63,319 nucleotides of DNA, filler included, from Basidioascus undulatus (GCA_000826855.1; 12 parts of 12 records of this genome joined end to end with filler, not necessarily neighbours in it), one strand, 5' to 3'; shown: positions 24,462 through 37,950, numbered from the whole stretch's first letter. Numbers and translations are program-made. The notes: generated by a model not told the origin, from the letters alone.

Positions 24462-24561
24462 NNNNNNNNNNNNNNNNNNNNNNNNNNNNNNNNNNNNNNN
24501 NNNNNTTAATTAATTAANNNNNNNNNNNNNNNNNNNNNNNNNNNNNNNNNNNNNNNNNNNN
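24462..24561. other. Artificial contig spacer (N44-TTAATTAATTAA-N44); identical spacers at 28018, 31572, 35112, 38651, 42184, 45709, 49233, 52756, 56279 and 59801
   Basis: Identical 100-nt blocks containing a linker with stop codons in all six frames; genes are cut abruptly at each one. Confidence 0.97.
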
Positions 24562-26700
24562 TGAGGATCAGGCGCGCCGCGCGCGACTCGTCGGGGTTCC
24601 CGCCGTGCGAGGCGCCGCGGGTGAAGCCGCGGTTGACTGGAGGTGAAAGTGTGCGATGAGAATGGAAAGGGAAGCGACGGGGAACAAGGAAGACGAACCA
24701 GCGTAAGCAGTCAGCAGCTCCTCCGCCGTCGGCACGCCGTCCCCGCCCTCTTCTGCGGGCCTCGTCTCGATCCGAATCCCATACACGCCCTCCAGCACGC
24801 CCTGCGGCACGCGCCGACAAACGAGCTCAATCGGCGCGCGCCACTCGCGCATCTCGTCCACTCCCAGGACACCATCGCACACGAGCGCTGCGCGCGTGTT
24901 GGCGAACTGGGGGAAGACGAGGCCGGGACAGTCGCAGAGGATGAGGGCCGAGCCGAGGTGGTGCGTCTGGAAGTGCTTTGTCTTTCCGGGGGTCGCGGAG
25001 ACGGAGACGCGGTGCGCGCCGAGCAGCGCGTTCAGGGTCGAGGACTTGCCGACGTTGGGGTAGCCGACGAGGCCGACGGTGAGCTTGTGCGTGGGGGGGA
25101 GGTCTGCGGGGGGGTTCCCGTGAGTGGGTGTGTGAGGGGAGGAAGGGGGGGGGAGACGGACATGAAAGGTCCGGGGCCTCGTCGATAAAGAGCTGCTCGA
25201 GCTCGACGATGTTGAGCACGCGCGTCCGGCGGTCCTCGTCCTCGCGGGGGCGGATAGGCTCCTCCTCAACCGGCTCCTCGTCGTCCTCCCACTCTTCCTC
25301 TCCTTCCTCCTCCTCGCTCTCCTCCCCATCCTCTATCCGCAGCTCCCCCACGGCCGCAGCGACGCGCTCCGGGTCCACCGACAGCCCGCGCGCCTGCCGC
25401 ACGACCTCCTCCGCGTCCGCAGGCTCAGCAACGTCTTCGTCGGAGTCCGACCCCTCGCCCTCGCCCTCGCTCTCGCCCTCCCCCTCGCCGTGCAGAAGCT
25501 CCTCGCGCTGCTCGCGCAGGCGCTGCGCCTCCTCGAGGAGCTCCGCGGCGTTGAGGGCGGAGAAGAATGCGTAGCGGATGCCCTGTGAGTCGAAGTAATC
25601 CGCCCAAGCGCGCCTGCCCCCACCCAGTCTCAGCGACCCCGCCCTACCATACGATCTGCGCTGTTGGAGACGCACCTTTGTTCCTCATCCAGCAAGTCCG
25701 CCTTGTTGACAAGCACCAACAGCCGCTTCCCCTCGCCCTCCTTCTCGCCGCCCGAGCGGTCGCGCACCTCCTTCGCGCCCAGCTCGCGCACGTACGGCTC
25801 GAGATCGCGCGCCCAGAACACGCCCGGGTTGCGGCCGTCGACGATCTGGACGACGAGCTGGGAGCGCTCGAGCACGCGCCAGAGCTGCCGCCACACGTTC
25901 AGGTTGCGCTCGTACGGCGTGAGAAGGAGGGTGGGGTCGGACTCGGCGAGGCTGCAGGACGAGCGAGGGGTGGGAGTTAGGCTTGGGGGGAGAGGGAGGA
26001 AGGAGGAGAGAGACACACAGTGCAAGATCACGTCGCCACGCGAGGAAGGCGTCCCGCTCCTGCCGCTCGAGCTGGGCGGGGGTGGTGCTTTTGTCCCAGG
26101 GGGGCCTACAATGACAACCTAACATGAGCGGACGATGTAAGAATAATGTGGATGATGGAGACCCACCGCCTCGGCACTCGCAGCCGGTCTTTGTTGAGCG
26201 CCTGCTTGCGCTCGACCTCGACCTCCTCCTCGTGCGTGAGGAGGAACGTGTTGTGGTGGCCGGACCCGCTGGTAGGCGTGGAGATGACCGTCACGTTTTG
26301 CTTTTCTGTTCTCTCGCCCAATGTGCCATCAGATTCCCAGTCTCATTCTCCAGAATGCAAGAGAGTGGCCTCTCACCCGCAGTAAAGTCGGTCGCAGCAA
26401 GCTCTGCGGTGTTGAGGAACTCGTCAAGGTCGCGCTCCTGGGTGACCGAGTGCAAGTTCGGCTGGTCGGTCGTGTGCTATCCGCCATCCCTCCCTCATCA
26501 GCTGCACATTCCCCAGCGGCTTAGCGGGGAAGAAAGACGCACCAGAAGCGAGTCCCTCGGCTCGGACGCCTCCTTTGCCTTCTTGTTGATGATCGCCCGC
26601 CCGAGGCCATTGTTCTTGCGGTTGCGGGAAGGGGGTGGCTGGAGGGTCGTCTATATTCAGCATATGAAGTGTAGGGGCGTGGGAGATGTGGACAGACCAT
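24562..26700 (-). CDS. LSG1: Large-subunit GTPase 1 (60S export), 3'-truncated by gap
   Basis: GLGRAII; SVTQERDLDEFLNTAELAATDFTA; LTPYERNLNVWRQLWRVLERS; NKADLL; VGLVGYPNVGKSST; VSATPGKTKHFQT; LCDCPGLVFP. Confidence 0.95.
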
Positions 26701-27149
26701 GATGTGAGATGCGAGTGTGCAGGATGGACTCGAGACGAGAAGGTCGAAATTACTCGCTTGCTTCAGCAGTTTGCCGCCGCATCCGAGTCCCGCGTGGAGG
26801 CCGTTTGACGTTAGGGTCGCCGTAGAGCTCGTTTTTCTTTATTTCACTCGCACATCGTTACGCTGCATGCTAGATGGTGTTGACTGAGCGCTACTGTAGA
26901 CGGATCGAAGAGCTTTGGGGATAAATATGTTTGCAGGTTCAGCAGTATTCAAAATTGAATGCTCAGACGGTGCAGCTGGATGCCCGGCAGTCGCTGCCGG
27001 ATCGGTTGCATCCGACTCTCACCCGCTATTGTCCTCCCTGCGTCTTCTTATCGCTCATCTCGCGGCACTCGCTGCTCTCGCTCAATACTATTTTGATCAA
27101 CGCTTATAAACAGCGCTCTACCGCTCACACTCCACTCATACTCACCCTA

Positions 27150-28017
27150 GCACAGCGCCATCCTCCGCCACGGCGAGCGGCGCATCAACAAGCTCAAACA
27201 GCGGAGCGTGGAGGACGTGAGGCGGGAGGACGTCGCAAGGGCGCGGGTGTATCTGCAGGGCATGAGTACGGAGATGAGGGTGAGGGCGAGGGCGCTGCTT
27301 GGGCAGGAGGGGACGTCTGGAGAGAGAGAAGATGAGCTGGAGAGTAAGAATGGGCGCAGGGCGGGCACAGGAGGACGAGGATCAGAATCAGCAGGGCGGG
27401 CCGGACGTCTATATGGACGTGCCGCAAGAGCCCATCAAATCGTCACCCTCCCCTTCCCCCTCTCCCTCTCCTCCTCATCCGAACTCACCCCCCTCCGCCG
27501 GCTCTACCGCCACTCCTCCTCCGCCCTCTCGCCCGCCAAGCGCACGCGCTCCCCCTCTTCCTCCCGCGCGTCGTCCCCGCTGTCATCCCTGCCCTCGGAC
27601 TTCGAGGACCAGGTGCGTCGGGCATCTCCCTTCTCGCCAGCTGGACATGAACCTTCACTTACGGTGCGTTCGTCTGCAGCGCCCTCCCCGAGAGACAAAG
27701 GCAAAGGCAAGGCGAAGGCAACCCCTCAACCCGAACCGAGCAGAGCACAATTTCGTTTTCCTCCCGTTTCCTTTTTCCTTCTTCCACATGCCACATCCCT
27801 CAAAGCTCGTCTCTTCTGCTCGGCCACTCTGATCTTCCGCTGCAACAGTTGCGCTCGACTCCAGTTGCACAGCCGGCCCCGTCGCCGGGGGGCGTCAGTC
27901 TCAGCGCAGCCCGCATATCAGCAAAAGCGGGTGAGTCAATCCCCCTCATCCTCCATGCTCTCTCCTATTCTCCCGTCTCACCTCCCCCTCTCCAGCTCCC
28001 CCCTTATCTCCGCAAGC
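27150..28017 (+). CDS. Hypothetical low-complexity protein, partial
   Basis: Coding-like stretches RRINKLKQRSVEDVRREDVARAR and AKRTRSPSSSRASSPLSSLPSDFEDQ with GTGCGT donors; structure unresolved. Confidence 0.3.
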
Positions 28018-28117
28018 NNNNNNNNNNNNNNNNNNNNNNNNNNNNNNNNNNNNNNNNNNNNTTAATTAATTAANNNNNNNNNNNNNNNNNNNNNNNNNNN
28101 NNNNNNNNNNNNNNNNN

Positions 28118-28328
28118 GAAGGGATCCAAGGTGTACCTCATAGACTGGGAGTGCGCGGGGTTCCTGCCTCTTCACGTCTCTAGGTATCTGTCAGGCAGGG
28201 AGGACCACAGCTCGCCCTACACCCCCGCTGTCAGTGCGCTGTGTAGAGCAGTGAAGTGCGGCATGCTGAAGGACAAGGACGGCTTCGAGGAGGCAATGGG
28301 GGGCCTGGGCGACTCCCTGGAGTGCTAG
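28118..28328 (+). CDS. C-terminal fragment of a kinase-like (APH/phosphotransferase) protein
   Basis: VYLIDWECAGFLP motif at the contig start; stop at 28328. Confidence 0.55.
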
Positions 28329-28643
28329 GTGGGGAGTGGAATTTTGAAAATGTGTGGTATGTAGCAGGGTTAGGGTATGGTCGAATAGGGGGTAACATGC
28401 CGGCACGATCGGTCAACAACACTACGAGGCTACACGGTGGTACAACAGAATTAGAATGCTACAGCTGTGGTGGGTGAGGCCGTCACCCTCGGCTAGTCCA
28501 ACCCGTCTCAGTGGATTTGGATGGCGATGGCTACGAGCACAGAAGTTTCGATGGGTCCGACTTCCTAAATACGACTATGCAAATTGTGCGTCAAGTAATA
28601 TATGCGTCGGGATAATGGAAGCGACTGCGAGAACAGCGGTGTC

Positions 28644-30153
28644 TCAAGGCTTGGTGGCCCAGGCAAAGACGACCCTTATCTCGGGTCGTAGCTCACGGAA
28701 TTCCTTCCGGATCTGGCTATGGATATCATGCAGCTCCGCTTCGAGATGCCCAGCCCGAACGAGGGCAGTGATCAGGGCACTGCACAGAGCGCGCGAATCA
28801 GCGGCCGATGCTGTGTGGAGGGTGTAGAAAAAGGCATTTTACCGGATTGCCGCGTGCCAATCCACCTCCCACATGCGACCAATACTTTGTAGTCGTGGAT
28901 CTGCATATGGGACGCGAAGTTAAGATAGTTGCGGTCAACTGCGCCGTGGGCTTCGAGGAGACGCACCGGAAGGCCAGGGGCTGAGAGGCATGTTCGACCA
29001 CTGAACCTCGGTGTCGGCGATGCTACCATCAGTTTTAAATTCGGAGAAGAGTTTCTTGACTCCAACCGTCAGCGATTGTGAGCAAAAGGACGTGTACATG
29101 TATCGAAGACGAAGATGCGCACTGGTCGCCGGGAGAGACATGTCGATCCCGCGCTTCGCCCAAAGCTCGATGAACTTGGGCCACAGATCGCGCAGGGCCG
29201 GACCAGTACCCATGGCCGGATCCATGAACGCTGCGATGTCGGGCTCGACAACGAGCAGGACACCGCCCGGACGAAGGAGGTTGAGGCAGATCTGGATGAA
29301 GGCCGGCCAATCTTGGATCTGATGACACAAGGCCAGCTCAGCAACTGAATAAGGGATGCGAAGGGCAGCTCGACTGATCATTCAGACTTACCCCGATAAC
29401 CAGACACCTCACATGCAGGACGTCGAAGGAAGCGGGTTGGAACAAGTCCAGGTCTTTGGTCACGTCGCAGACCTCGAAGTGCACGTTCGATGGCACGGCG
29501 CTACTATGAAAGTAATATGAACAAAATGTGGGCGACGCGGTTCAATACATAATGGCAAGAGGGAACAAGAGCAGACTTACTGAGGCTGAATGGGGGCCAG
29601 GTCAACGCCTGTTACTTGTGCAGACTCGCACTGCTGCGCAATTTGGATAGCCCATATGCCCGTGCCTGTCCCGATGTCCCTTTGCTCTCGTCATAAAATG
29701 CGTTAACCTATCGAGATAATAGTGCATGATGAGTGATAGAACGGACGCACAAGATCTTTGGTTGCACCCCTTCCGCCTCCCGCTTCGCAACGACCTCTTC
29801 GACCGGCCCAAAGTACAGCTTCCCCAGGAACTGCATGAACAAGCGATGCTGGGTTCACCAAAGGAAACTCGGGTGTCAGTAACCAGCCTTGGCAGGGTTC
29901 TGGTTCACGCATACCTGAATGTCGAGGCGTTCCAGCTCCTCATCTGCGGATCAAGACGTCAGGCGCCCGTGCCGTCCTTCACATTGGGACACCATCCTAC
30001 CGTCGTTAGGTAGCGCGTAGACATCGTTGCTGTTTTGGAACCTCCGGCCTAGAGAACCGGAGAGCGTTCAACGCGGCGTCTTCGTCTCGTGAAGCAGGTT
30101 TAGACCATACCTTGATCGTACCGATACAGGTCCTCGCTGATCGTCGTCGTCAT
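28644..30153 (-). CDS. SAM-dependent class I methyltransferase (LaeA-like/TAM family)
   Basis: [78 protein letters not shown]; ends VVFAWATKP*. Confidence 0.9.
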
Positions 30154-31677
30154 GGAGAATGTGCTCTGGGCCGGGGACAACGGCGGCTGCCCTCCTTGAT
30201 CATTCGCCATGAGTTCGACCCTGTCCGCTACGGGAGAAAAAGAGACGAGGTCGTGGTGGTCGGTGGCCAAAGCTGTCCCGGGGGTCGCGTTTATATCACA
30301 CGCGACTAGCTCCGTCGTAAGATCTGTCGATCATCGTACCCTAATACCCCTGTAGTACATACTTACATCTGTGCTTGTCTGTGATGTTATTGAACTAATT
30401 CATCGCGACGTGCATGTGCGCTACTGTAGCGCTACGTAGGCATCGAATGCTGAGCGCCCTTCATGAGCCTCAATGACAGCAGTGCGACAGTGACGGCGCC
30501 TGGCAGGGCCGACAGCAGACCCACTGTTCGAATCCCGCTCGTCTGCAGCTTGGAAAATATGAGGAAAGGTGTGGTGAGCTTGATCAAGGGAAAGCAAACG
30601 ATTAGAGAAATCGTCCAGCCTACGCTGCGCTATTCTTCAATTGTCTTCAAGCGAGTCCCAGCCACCTGAATCTGCACTTGACCTGTACCACTCGCCGCCG
30701 TCCAATATCAACTAGCCGTCTGTTGCATGCGCATCTGACGATAAAGGAGGTCTAGAATATCAGTTAACCGCGGACAAGCCGTGATTCCCGACCTTGGGCT
30801 TCGCTGAGCATAATATAACGGTGGTTGGCAAAGTACGCCATATTGAACAGAAACCTGTCTCCGTTGAGAAGGCTGGCTGTCGCGGGCTGGGATGCGGTCG
30901 ACCCCAACGCACGCGGCCGCATCGTAGCAAGTTCTGGTTGGGTTTCGATCTTGTTTATAACGGGAGGAGCCCTCGTGGGAGAGGGGACGGCAATGGTCCA
31001 GCCGAACCGTTGCACTTTCCAAGATTCAGTTTGTGTCTTCGTTTCCTCACGCCCACAAAGCCAGCTTCGCGATTGCTCAGACACTTTTCTTCTTTCACGG
31101 TCCTTCCACTTGCCATTTGCAGCGCATTTGTTTCCAGAAGGGTACAGTTTGAACTGGAACGGTGCAAAGACGGCCCGGCACACGACGCGTGCAGCCGGGC
31201 CGAGCACTCCGCCTCTTGCAGCGGGCTAAGCAACAACATGAGGAGCGTACCCCTCTGATCACGACGGGGAGCAAGTCAATATACGCTAGGATGCTCACAT
31301 GTTCTATATTTCTTCCAAAGTGGGTCATCCGAATGAACTGCTTCGAGGGTTACGCGATCCAGAGGCGAGTCGCCTTGTACGAAGTAGTACTTCCCAGCTT
31401 CGACTGTGTTCTTTCGAGGAGTGATGATCGCTCGTCTGACCACCCAGCTCCACCTCGGTGTTTTACCGGCCCAAGAATGGCGTTACGATCTGTAAATGTC
31501 CAAGGAATACCAAGCCAGCGTGGGTCGATCGAAGAGGTACAAGTTGGCTTCATGGACGCTGTCCTTCAGCANNNNNNNNNNNNNNNNNNNNNNNNNNNNN
31601 NNNNNNNNNNNNNNNTTAATTAATTAANNNNNNNNNNNNNNNNNNNNNNNNNNNNNNNNNNNNNNNNNNNNTGCAAT

Positions 31678-31750
31678 GGGCATTTGGTGTAGGGGCTATC
31701 ACATCTCATTCGCATTGAGGGGGTCCCCGGTTCAATTCCGGGAATGTCCA
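31678..31750 (+). tRNA. tRNA-Ala(CGC), intronless
   Basis: Acceptor GGGCATT/AATGTCC with G3:U70; anticodon arm TCTCA-TTCGCAT-TGAGG; T-arm CCCGG-TTCAATT-CCGGG; T-rich 3' flank. Confidence 0.93.
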
Positions 31751-32509
31751 TTTAATTTGATAATATTTATTTTGTTTTGAGAGCGAGTTGGACCGAGATG
31801 AAAAGGCAGCAGAAGTTCTTTGGTTGCAGGTCAATCGTCGACGTGGTTGAGCTCAGGCTGCGAGTGAGATGACCAGGCAGCTAGACGAACATGCAGCGCC
31901 TGGCGGCCATGCAAGCGACGTTCCAGCTGCAGGATGCTTGTGTGAAAAGCCTCGGCTGTCGTATGGACTTGTCCATTCCATGAGCCGAACGCGCATTATT
32001 AAGAGAATGCTCACACGGCAGGGGCAAGCTGGCTGAGCGGCAAGCAGTGTTGGCAATTGCGCCTGTTTGTTCAATGTCAAACCCGCATACCACTGAAAAT
32101 TACAGAGTGGGCATAACATTCGTGTGTGTCAACAATATTACTCCAATAAAAGGGTAGCGCAAATAATGTCGAAATAGGGGTAATAACAGGGGTGGGTATC
32201 ATCATGGTATATCTACAACTGCTACTACTGCGTCGCTCAAACTGCAGTCCCAGTTCCGCAGAGGCAACCTCGGGAAGTCCAAAGGCTTCCAGCTCCTGTC
32301 CCTCTTCCTCTCCCTCTCTCCCTCGCGCGGGCCTGCTCGACCGAGTAGGCGCCGTTCGAGTGCCGCCGGAACTCCATCTGGGGCGCGTACGCCTCGGGCG
32401 CCTCGACGAGCGCTGCCCGGACAATGGACACCGCGCCCTAAGGCCTGGCTAATCGATTTGGAGCGAGATTTCCTGCATCCCGGACTGACTGCGCGTTCTC
32501 TCGCTCAGA

Positions 32510-33684
32510 ATGCCCGGCCACATTAAGGCGATCTTCGCTAGTCCACGGCTGGCATTCTCGTCTTCTACAAGCATCCTCATCGGGGCGTAAGTCTAGATGT
32601 GCCTCATTTTGCAATCAACACATCTCGAGTTGGCAGTTTGATCGGCTTGGCATTCGTACGACCATCTCGTTTCCTGTCCAATTTGTTGCACAGCCCTGCT
32701 CAGGGTTTCGTGTGCTAGCTATTATACAATGCATTCCTTCCGTGGGTGTCTTTCCCTCTGATGCACCCCGGAATGTGTTGACTCACTGTTGGGCTCGTCA
32801 GATACTACATTCAGTCCAGACGCCGAGCGGGGAGACTGGTCAACGTACATTACGTACAGGTGCCGAGCCCTCATCCCTCCACACTTTCACATTCTCTTAG
32901 CCTTAAGTTTTTGCCTTAGGAATACTGTTATCGTGGCGGTCACCGGCATCCCCGAAGCGCTGCTCGGTGCCCTGCTCGTCGAGCTGCCGAAGATCGGTCG
33001 GAAGGTACAGTTTGCCCGGATCTGTGCGAAGATTGTCGAGACTCATTGGTTTCCTTTCTGGCACGGTGCGATGGCCCTGAGTACAGTCCTTACGGAGTAT
33101 TCCTTTTCATCTACGACCGCTCGCTCTTCGGACGCTCAGCTCGGTTGGAACTGCGGGTGAGTGGAGTCGTGTGAAAGGACTTGAGGAAGCGAGCTAATTT
33201 TTTCCGTTTTGCTGGGCTTGCAGCTTGAATTTTGCGTCTAATGTGGTACGTGGCTTGATTACACTCGCAATTGATGGCCAGCGCCTGGCTGACAGAAGGC
33301 AATCGCCTCGACGCAGAAATGTAAGTCGTCTCCAGCGTCACCAGCTCCCACAGTCCGCTGACTCCGTCCTGTTATCTCTAAGGCGGTGTTCTCTGTGCGT
33401 CCTAATCATCCTCCCACTCCCTCCTCCCAGACCCGAACCTAACACCCCCTCCCTCTTCCCAGGAGCCTACACCCCCGAAGTCTTCATCATGCGCGACAGG
33501 GGGACGGGTGTGGGCTTAGCGGCGACGGCGAACCGGGTCCTGGGCTCGTTCGCGCCCGTGATCGGGATGAAGGCGGACCTGATGACTAGCGCGCCGATCT
33601 TTGTCTGCGGCGCGCTGTTTCATCGCCAAGGGCGTGCTCATACTGCTCTTGTCGTTTGAGCCGAGGGGGAGGGCGAGTCTGTAA
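32510..33684 (+). pseudogene. Degenerate C-terminal half of an SV2-like MFS/sugar transporter
   Basis: HIKAIFASPRLAFS; STYITYR-NTVIVAVTGIPEALLGALLVELPKIGRK; STTARSSDAQLGWNCG; AYTPEVF..RDRGTGVGLAATANR. A frameshift near 33620 separates this from IAKGVLILLLSFEPRGRASL*, there are local indels near 33095, and no N-terminal half was found. Confidence 0.7.
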
Positions 33685-33931
33685 TTGGGGTGGGGGGAGG
33701 GGGTGCGGATGTTCGGATGTTCGGACTGGTTTATTCGGAGTGTGGACTGAAGAAATGAGAAGCAGAAATATAATCGGATACGGACCCATGTCGTTCGCTC
33801 ATTCGTGTTCCTGATTGATGTTCAATTACCTACAGTCGTTTGCTATACAAGCAGCTCTACAGCAGCCAAATGCTGTCTTTTAGGCATAGCATCCGCGTGT
33901 ATATCATCTGGCGCTCCAGTATCCATCCGAT

Positions 33932-35111
33932 TCAGCCTTTGGGGATCCACTCGCCCTTCCACAGCCCCCCCACAAAGCTGAGCGGCACCTTCTGCTCTCC
34001 GCCCCTCTCATCAGCACAACTCTCACTGCGTCCGCCCAATCCAAAATCACAACCCAGCCACAACGCACCGGGACGTCCCACACTCCCCCCTCCACGAACT
34101 CATCGAACAGCCACCCCGCCGTGCCCACCAACCAGAGCGCGACCCACGCCCTGCCCGTCTTGCTCCCCAAACCGAGCGCGCGCTCAAGCGCGATCCCGAG
34201 CGGCTGGGCGAGGAAGAACTTTGCTGCGCCCGCGCCTGCCGTGGGGATGGGCAGCGTCCGCGCGCCGGCGACGTGCACGAGCGCGGAGAGGGCGAAGGGC
34301 GTTATCAGCCTGAGGGGGAGCTCGAGCGCGCGGGGTGCGTGCGCTACGAAGGAGCGCGTCAAGACTAAGAAGGGACGCCGGAAAGTCTGGTGCCAGAACC
34401 TTCCCCAGAAGGTGGCGAGCGAAGCGGTATCCTCCGTGAGGGACCCGAAGAAGTCAGGCCATTCTTGTGGGGCGCTGATGCGAACGGGGAGGGAGACGGC
34501 GAGGAGGGAGAGGAGCGTATATGGCAGGAGGATGAACGTGTATGCTGTGAGGCCGCAGAGGGCGAGGTGTGCTATCCGCATGTGGGGCGGCTGGAGGGGC
34601 AGGGGCGGGTGCGAGAAGGGCGAGCGGGGGGAGGAGGTGTAGGTTGAGAGGGCGTCGAGGGCCAGGTAGAGCGCGAGGAGGCGCGCGAGGCGCGAGCGGA
34701 CGAAGGCGGATCGAGTGATCGATTTCGAAATGAACATTGCGGGACGTCTAGAGGTCGAGTCGAACCCGACAAGTCTGGGGGAACACAGCAGCCTTACAAC
34801 CCATTTCGCCTTCCCCCACACGCCCGCCCTCTCGTGCGGGCGCGGCGTAAGCCCCAGCTCCGGCGGTGCGACGAGCAGGAGCTCGACCGCGCGGAGGAGG
34901 GTGTACATGCTCGATGCTGCGAGGGTGTAGTCGAGCTTGGGGTTGGCGGTGGTGTATGTGTTGGAGAGGAGGGCGAGGGACGCGACGAGGATGAGGGGGA
35001 GGAAGAGGGAGGGGCGTAAGAGGGAGCATGGGGGCAGGAGGAGGGCGAGGAAGAGGAGCGTTGAGGGGAGGAGAGGAAGATAGGGCGGGAGGGGGGGGAT
35101 CGGAAGAGCGT
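33932..35111 (-). CDS. Membrane-bound O-acyltransferase (MBOAT_2 / wax-synthase / TRI7-like), 5'-truncated by gap
   Basis: EWPDFFGSL...SLATFWGRFWHQTFRRPF; FALSALVH; FFLAQPLGIALE; GRAWVALWL; last exon KVPLSFVGGLWKGEWIPKG*. Confidence 0.88.
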
Positions 35112-35300
35112 NNNNNNNNNNNNNNNNNNNNNNNNNNNNNNNNNNNNNNNNNNNNTTAATTAATTAANNNNNNNNNNNNNNNNNNNNNNNNNNNNNNNNN
35201 NNNNNNNNNNNACGTGCGTCTTCCCTTCCCTTCCCCCCATCCCTTCCCGTCCCCCATCCCCCACCCTCCTTTACCTTACCATCCCATCGCTTTCCGACAG

Positions 35301-36295
35301 GGAGTCTGCTACCTCGGCACCGAATGGTGCGTTGGAAGAGGAAAGAGCCTGGGTGGTCTGGTGGGCTGATGTGGGGGATGGGGACAGGGCGATGAACCCC
35401 GTAGTCCGCTCCGACATCGTCGTCTCCCACTTCTTGGACTCGGTCGGCGGGTACAGGCATAAGGATCGGAGGGACAGGCTGCTGGATATTCTGGATGTGG
35501 ATCTCGTGCGTCCCTCCCTCATCCCCCCATCTTCCCAAAGTAGAGGGCTGAGCACAGTGGGACTGAGGGCAGGACTGGCACATGCACCAAGTGTCCGACG
35601 GCGAGCGCCGGCGCGTGCAGCTCGTCATGGGGCTCATGGCGCCCTGGCGCGTCCTCCTCCTCGACGAGGTCACCGTCGACCTCGACGTCATGGTCCGCGC
35701 CGACCTGCTCGACTTTCTGATTGAGGAGAGCGAGGTGCGGGGGGCGACGATCGTTTGTAGGTCCTTCTGCTTTCCTCCCTTCTTTCCATTTTCCCATCTC
35801 CCTTCCCTCGCTCCTCTGCCCTTCCTTGACAGCCGGGCCTGACCTGCCCATCCCTTAACTTCCCGCTTTTTTCAGACGCGACCCACATCTGTGCGCCCTA
35901 ATCGAGACCATGTTTGCCCCCTCCACCCCTGCCTGACGCACAGCCCCACAGTCGACGGCCTCCAAACCTTTCCCACGCACGTCTCCCACCTGCAGCTCGG
36001 CACGACCACCACCTCCTCCCCCCTCCCGTGGCCCCTGCCCCCCTCTTCCTCTCCTTCCCTCTCTCCTTCCACCAACGCCACCCTCACCACCGCCTCCTCC
36101 TCTTCCGCCTCGGGCGGCTCCCCCCTCCTCTCCCTCGCGCTCCAATGGCTCCGCGAGGACCGGGCAGAGCGCAAGCGGCGGGAGGACGCGGAGGGCATTG
36201 AGGGCAAGCGGAGGAGGGGAGCGAGGAGGGGAGAGGAGACGACGGATAGTGAGGAGTTTTATTCGAAATTTGACTATGTGAGTTTTTGCATTTGA
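35301..36295 (+). CDS. CAF16: Non-transporter ABC ATPase, CCR4-associated factor 16; 5'-truncated, final exon uncertain
   Basis: [61 protein letters not shown]. Confidence 0.9.
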
Positions 36296-37950
36296 GAAAG
36301 CGGAAGGGGGAGAAGGCTGATTGGGAGGGGGGGAGTGGTAGTGGAAGGGCAAATAGAGCTTTGATACGGGATGGAGGATGTGAGAGCGAAGGGTAGATTG
36401 GGGCTTGTGGGTGTGGGAGTGGGAGCGCGTACAAGGATGAGCCTAGGCTGGAACGGGAGGGCTCGTAGGGGTGTATGGGGAGAGGAGATAGGGATAGGGA
36501 CGCTTCAACAGCGCAGCGCGAGTTTGAGTGCACTTTCATTGAGTGTGGACACGGGCTGCGGTTGTGTGGGTGGGGCGTGGGCGTGGGCTTGGGCGTGGCG
36601 TTTGGGTGTGGGTGAAAGCAAAGCACAAGGCGACGTCCGCTCTCAGGGCGGTTCTCGCGGTTCATTCGAGTACGGAACCGCGCTGGGCACTCTCTATCTC
36701 TCTGTCGGTTCAAATCGTTACATCCAAGAGGCAGAGGCAGCTCGCTGTTTATTACATACAGGCGCATAACATGCTGCGCGATCAAGTGCTCCCTCAGGCT
36801 AGTTTTGGACCGGCGGCGTGGGCGTCAGGGCGCTCGATCGTCACATTTGCATATCCGGCGTATCTCCGGTCGTACTAGCTAAAAAGACCATCACCGATGC
36901 CCTCCGTTTCGTTTCGATCGTCTGACTCGGCCTGCGACCCCCTCAAGCCCGCCGATCGTAAGCTCCCGAACGCGGCCGGCAGGGAGTTCAAAGTCCACTC
37001 TCGGTGCTGCTCGCGTGCAAGATGCGAGTCGAGGGCCTCCGGGTGGCCTGGGAAAGCCCAATCGGAGAACTTCGACACGCATGATGCACGCAAGCAACAT
37101 CCAGCCGTGGGCCTTGAAGTCGACGCCGGAAGCGTCCAGGAGCTTCCGACGACCGTCGGGTTTGAGAAGCTTGCAAGCTGAAGCCTAGCGGAAGTGACGG
37201 TTCTGAAGCAACGATTGTCGGGTCGGGTGGTCTCCGACCCTGCGGAGACGATCCCAACCAAATAAGCCGATACACCAGAATCGACGACGCTTGGGTAAAA
37301 GAACAACGCACAGTCAGTCGATGTCCACCGGCGTCCTCCCTTGGAGTCGACGCCCAGCACCGTGTGGGAACAACAGGCGGGGTCAGACGACGTAGCAATC
37401 ACAGGCGGGGAATGGAGGATGAGGTCCGGGAGGGGATGCGGCGACGGGGAGAGGGGAGGACGACGCTGGCAAGATAGAGAAGGAGGGGGACGAGGGATCT
37501 CATTTCCCGGCCGCTCGAGTGGTGAAAAGTGGAGCTCCAGAGATCAGCGGCCCTGCGAGGTTTGCAATATACAGCTGCGCCCACTGCGCTCACTGCGCAT
37601 GAGTTGCGACTTGCAAACCGTCTACAGAGGGTGGATGAACGCCGCCTCGCAAATGTGTGCATGAACAATCTCCTCCACCTATCTGTAATTGGACCCGTGG
37701 TACTGACGCCATATGGTGCAAGTTGCGTCCTCCCATCTGACGAGCGGCCTTTGAGCGGACCGCCGTCTCTTCCCGTCTTCGCCGTGGCGCGATGACACCC
37801 AACAAGTCGAGCGTTCGCGATGCTCCTCAGTCAATAAACCGCGTCATCCTCCTCGTCCTCTTCTCCTCAGCGAAAACGACGCTCTCAATCGGGCGTTCAT
37901 GCCGTAGCAGCCAGGGCGTCGTCGACCCACCGGACGCAGCCGTTGAAACG

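Noticed and set aside
30700..31571. Overlapping 100-150-aa ORFs on both strands
   Set aside because: No family or coherent splice model could be supported.
28118..35111. Secondary-metabolite cluster (phosphotransferase + methyltransferase + MFS + MBOAT)
   Set aside because: The genes lie on two unrelated concatenated contigs and no core synthase is present.
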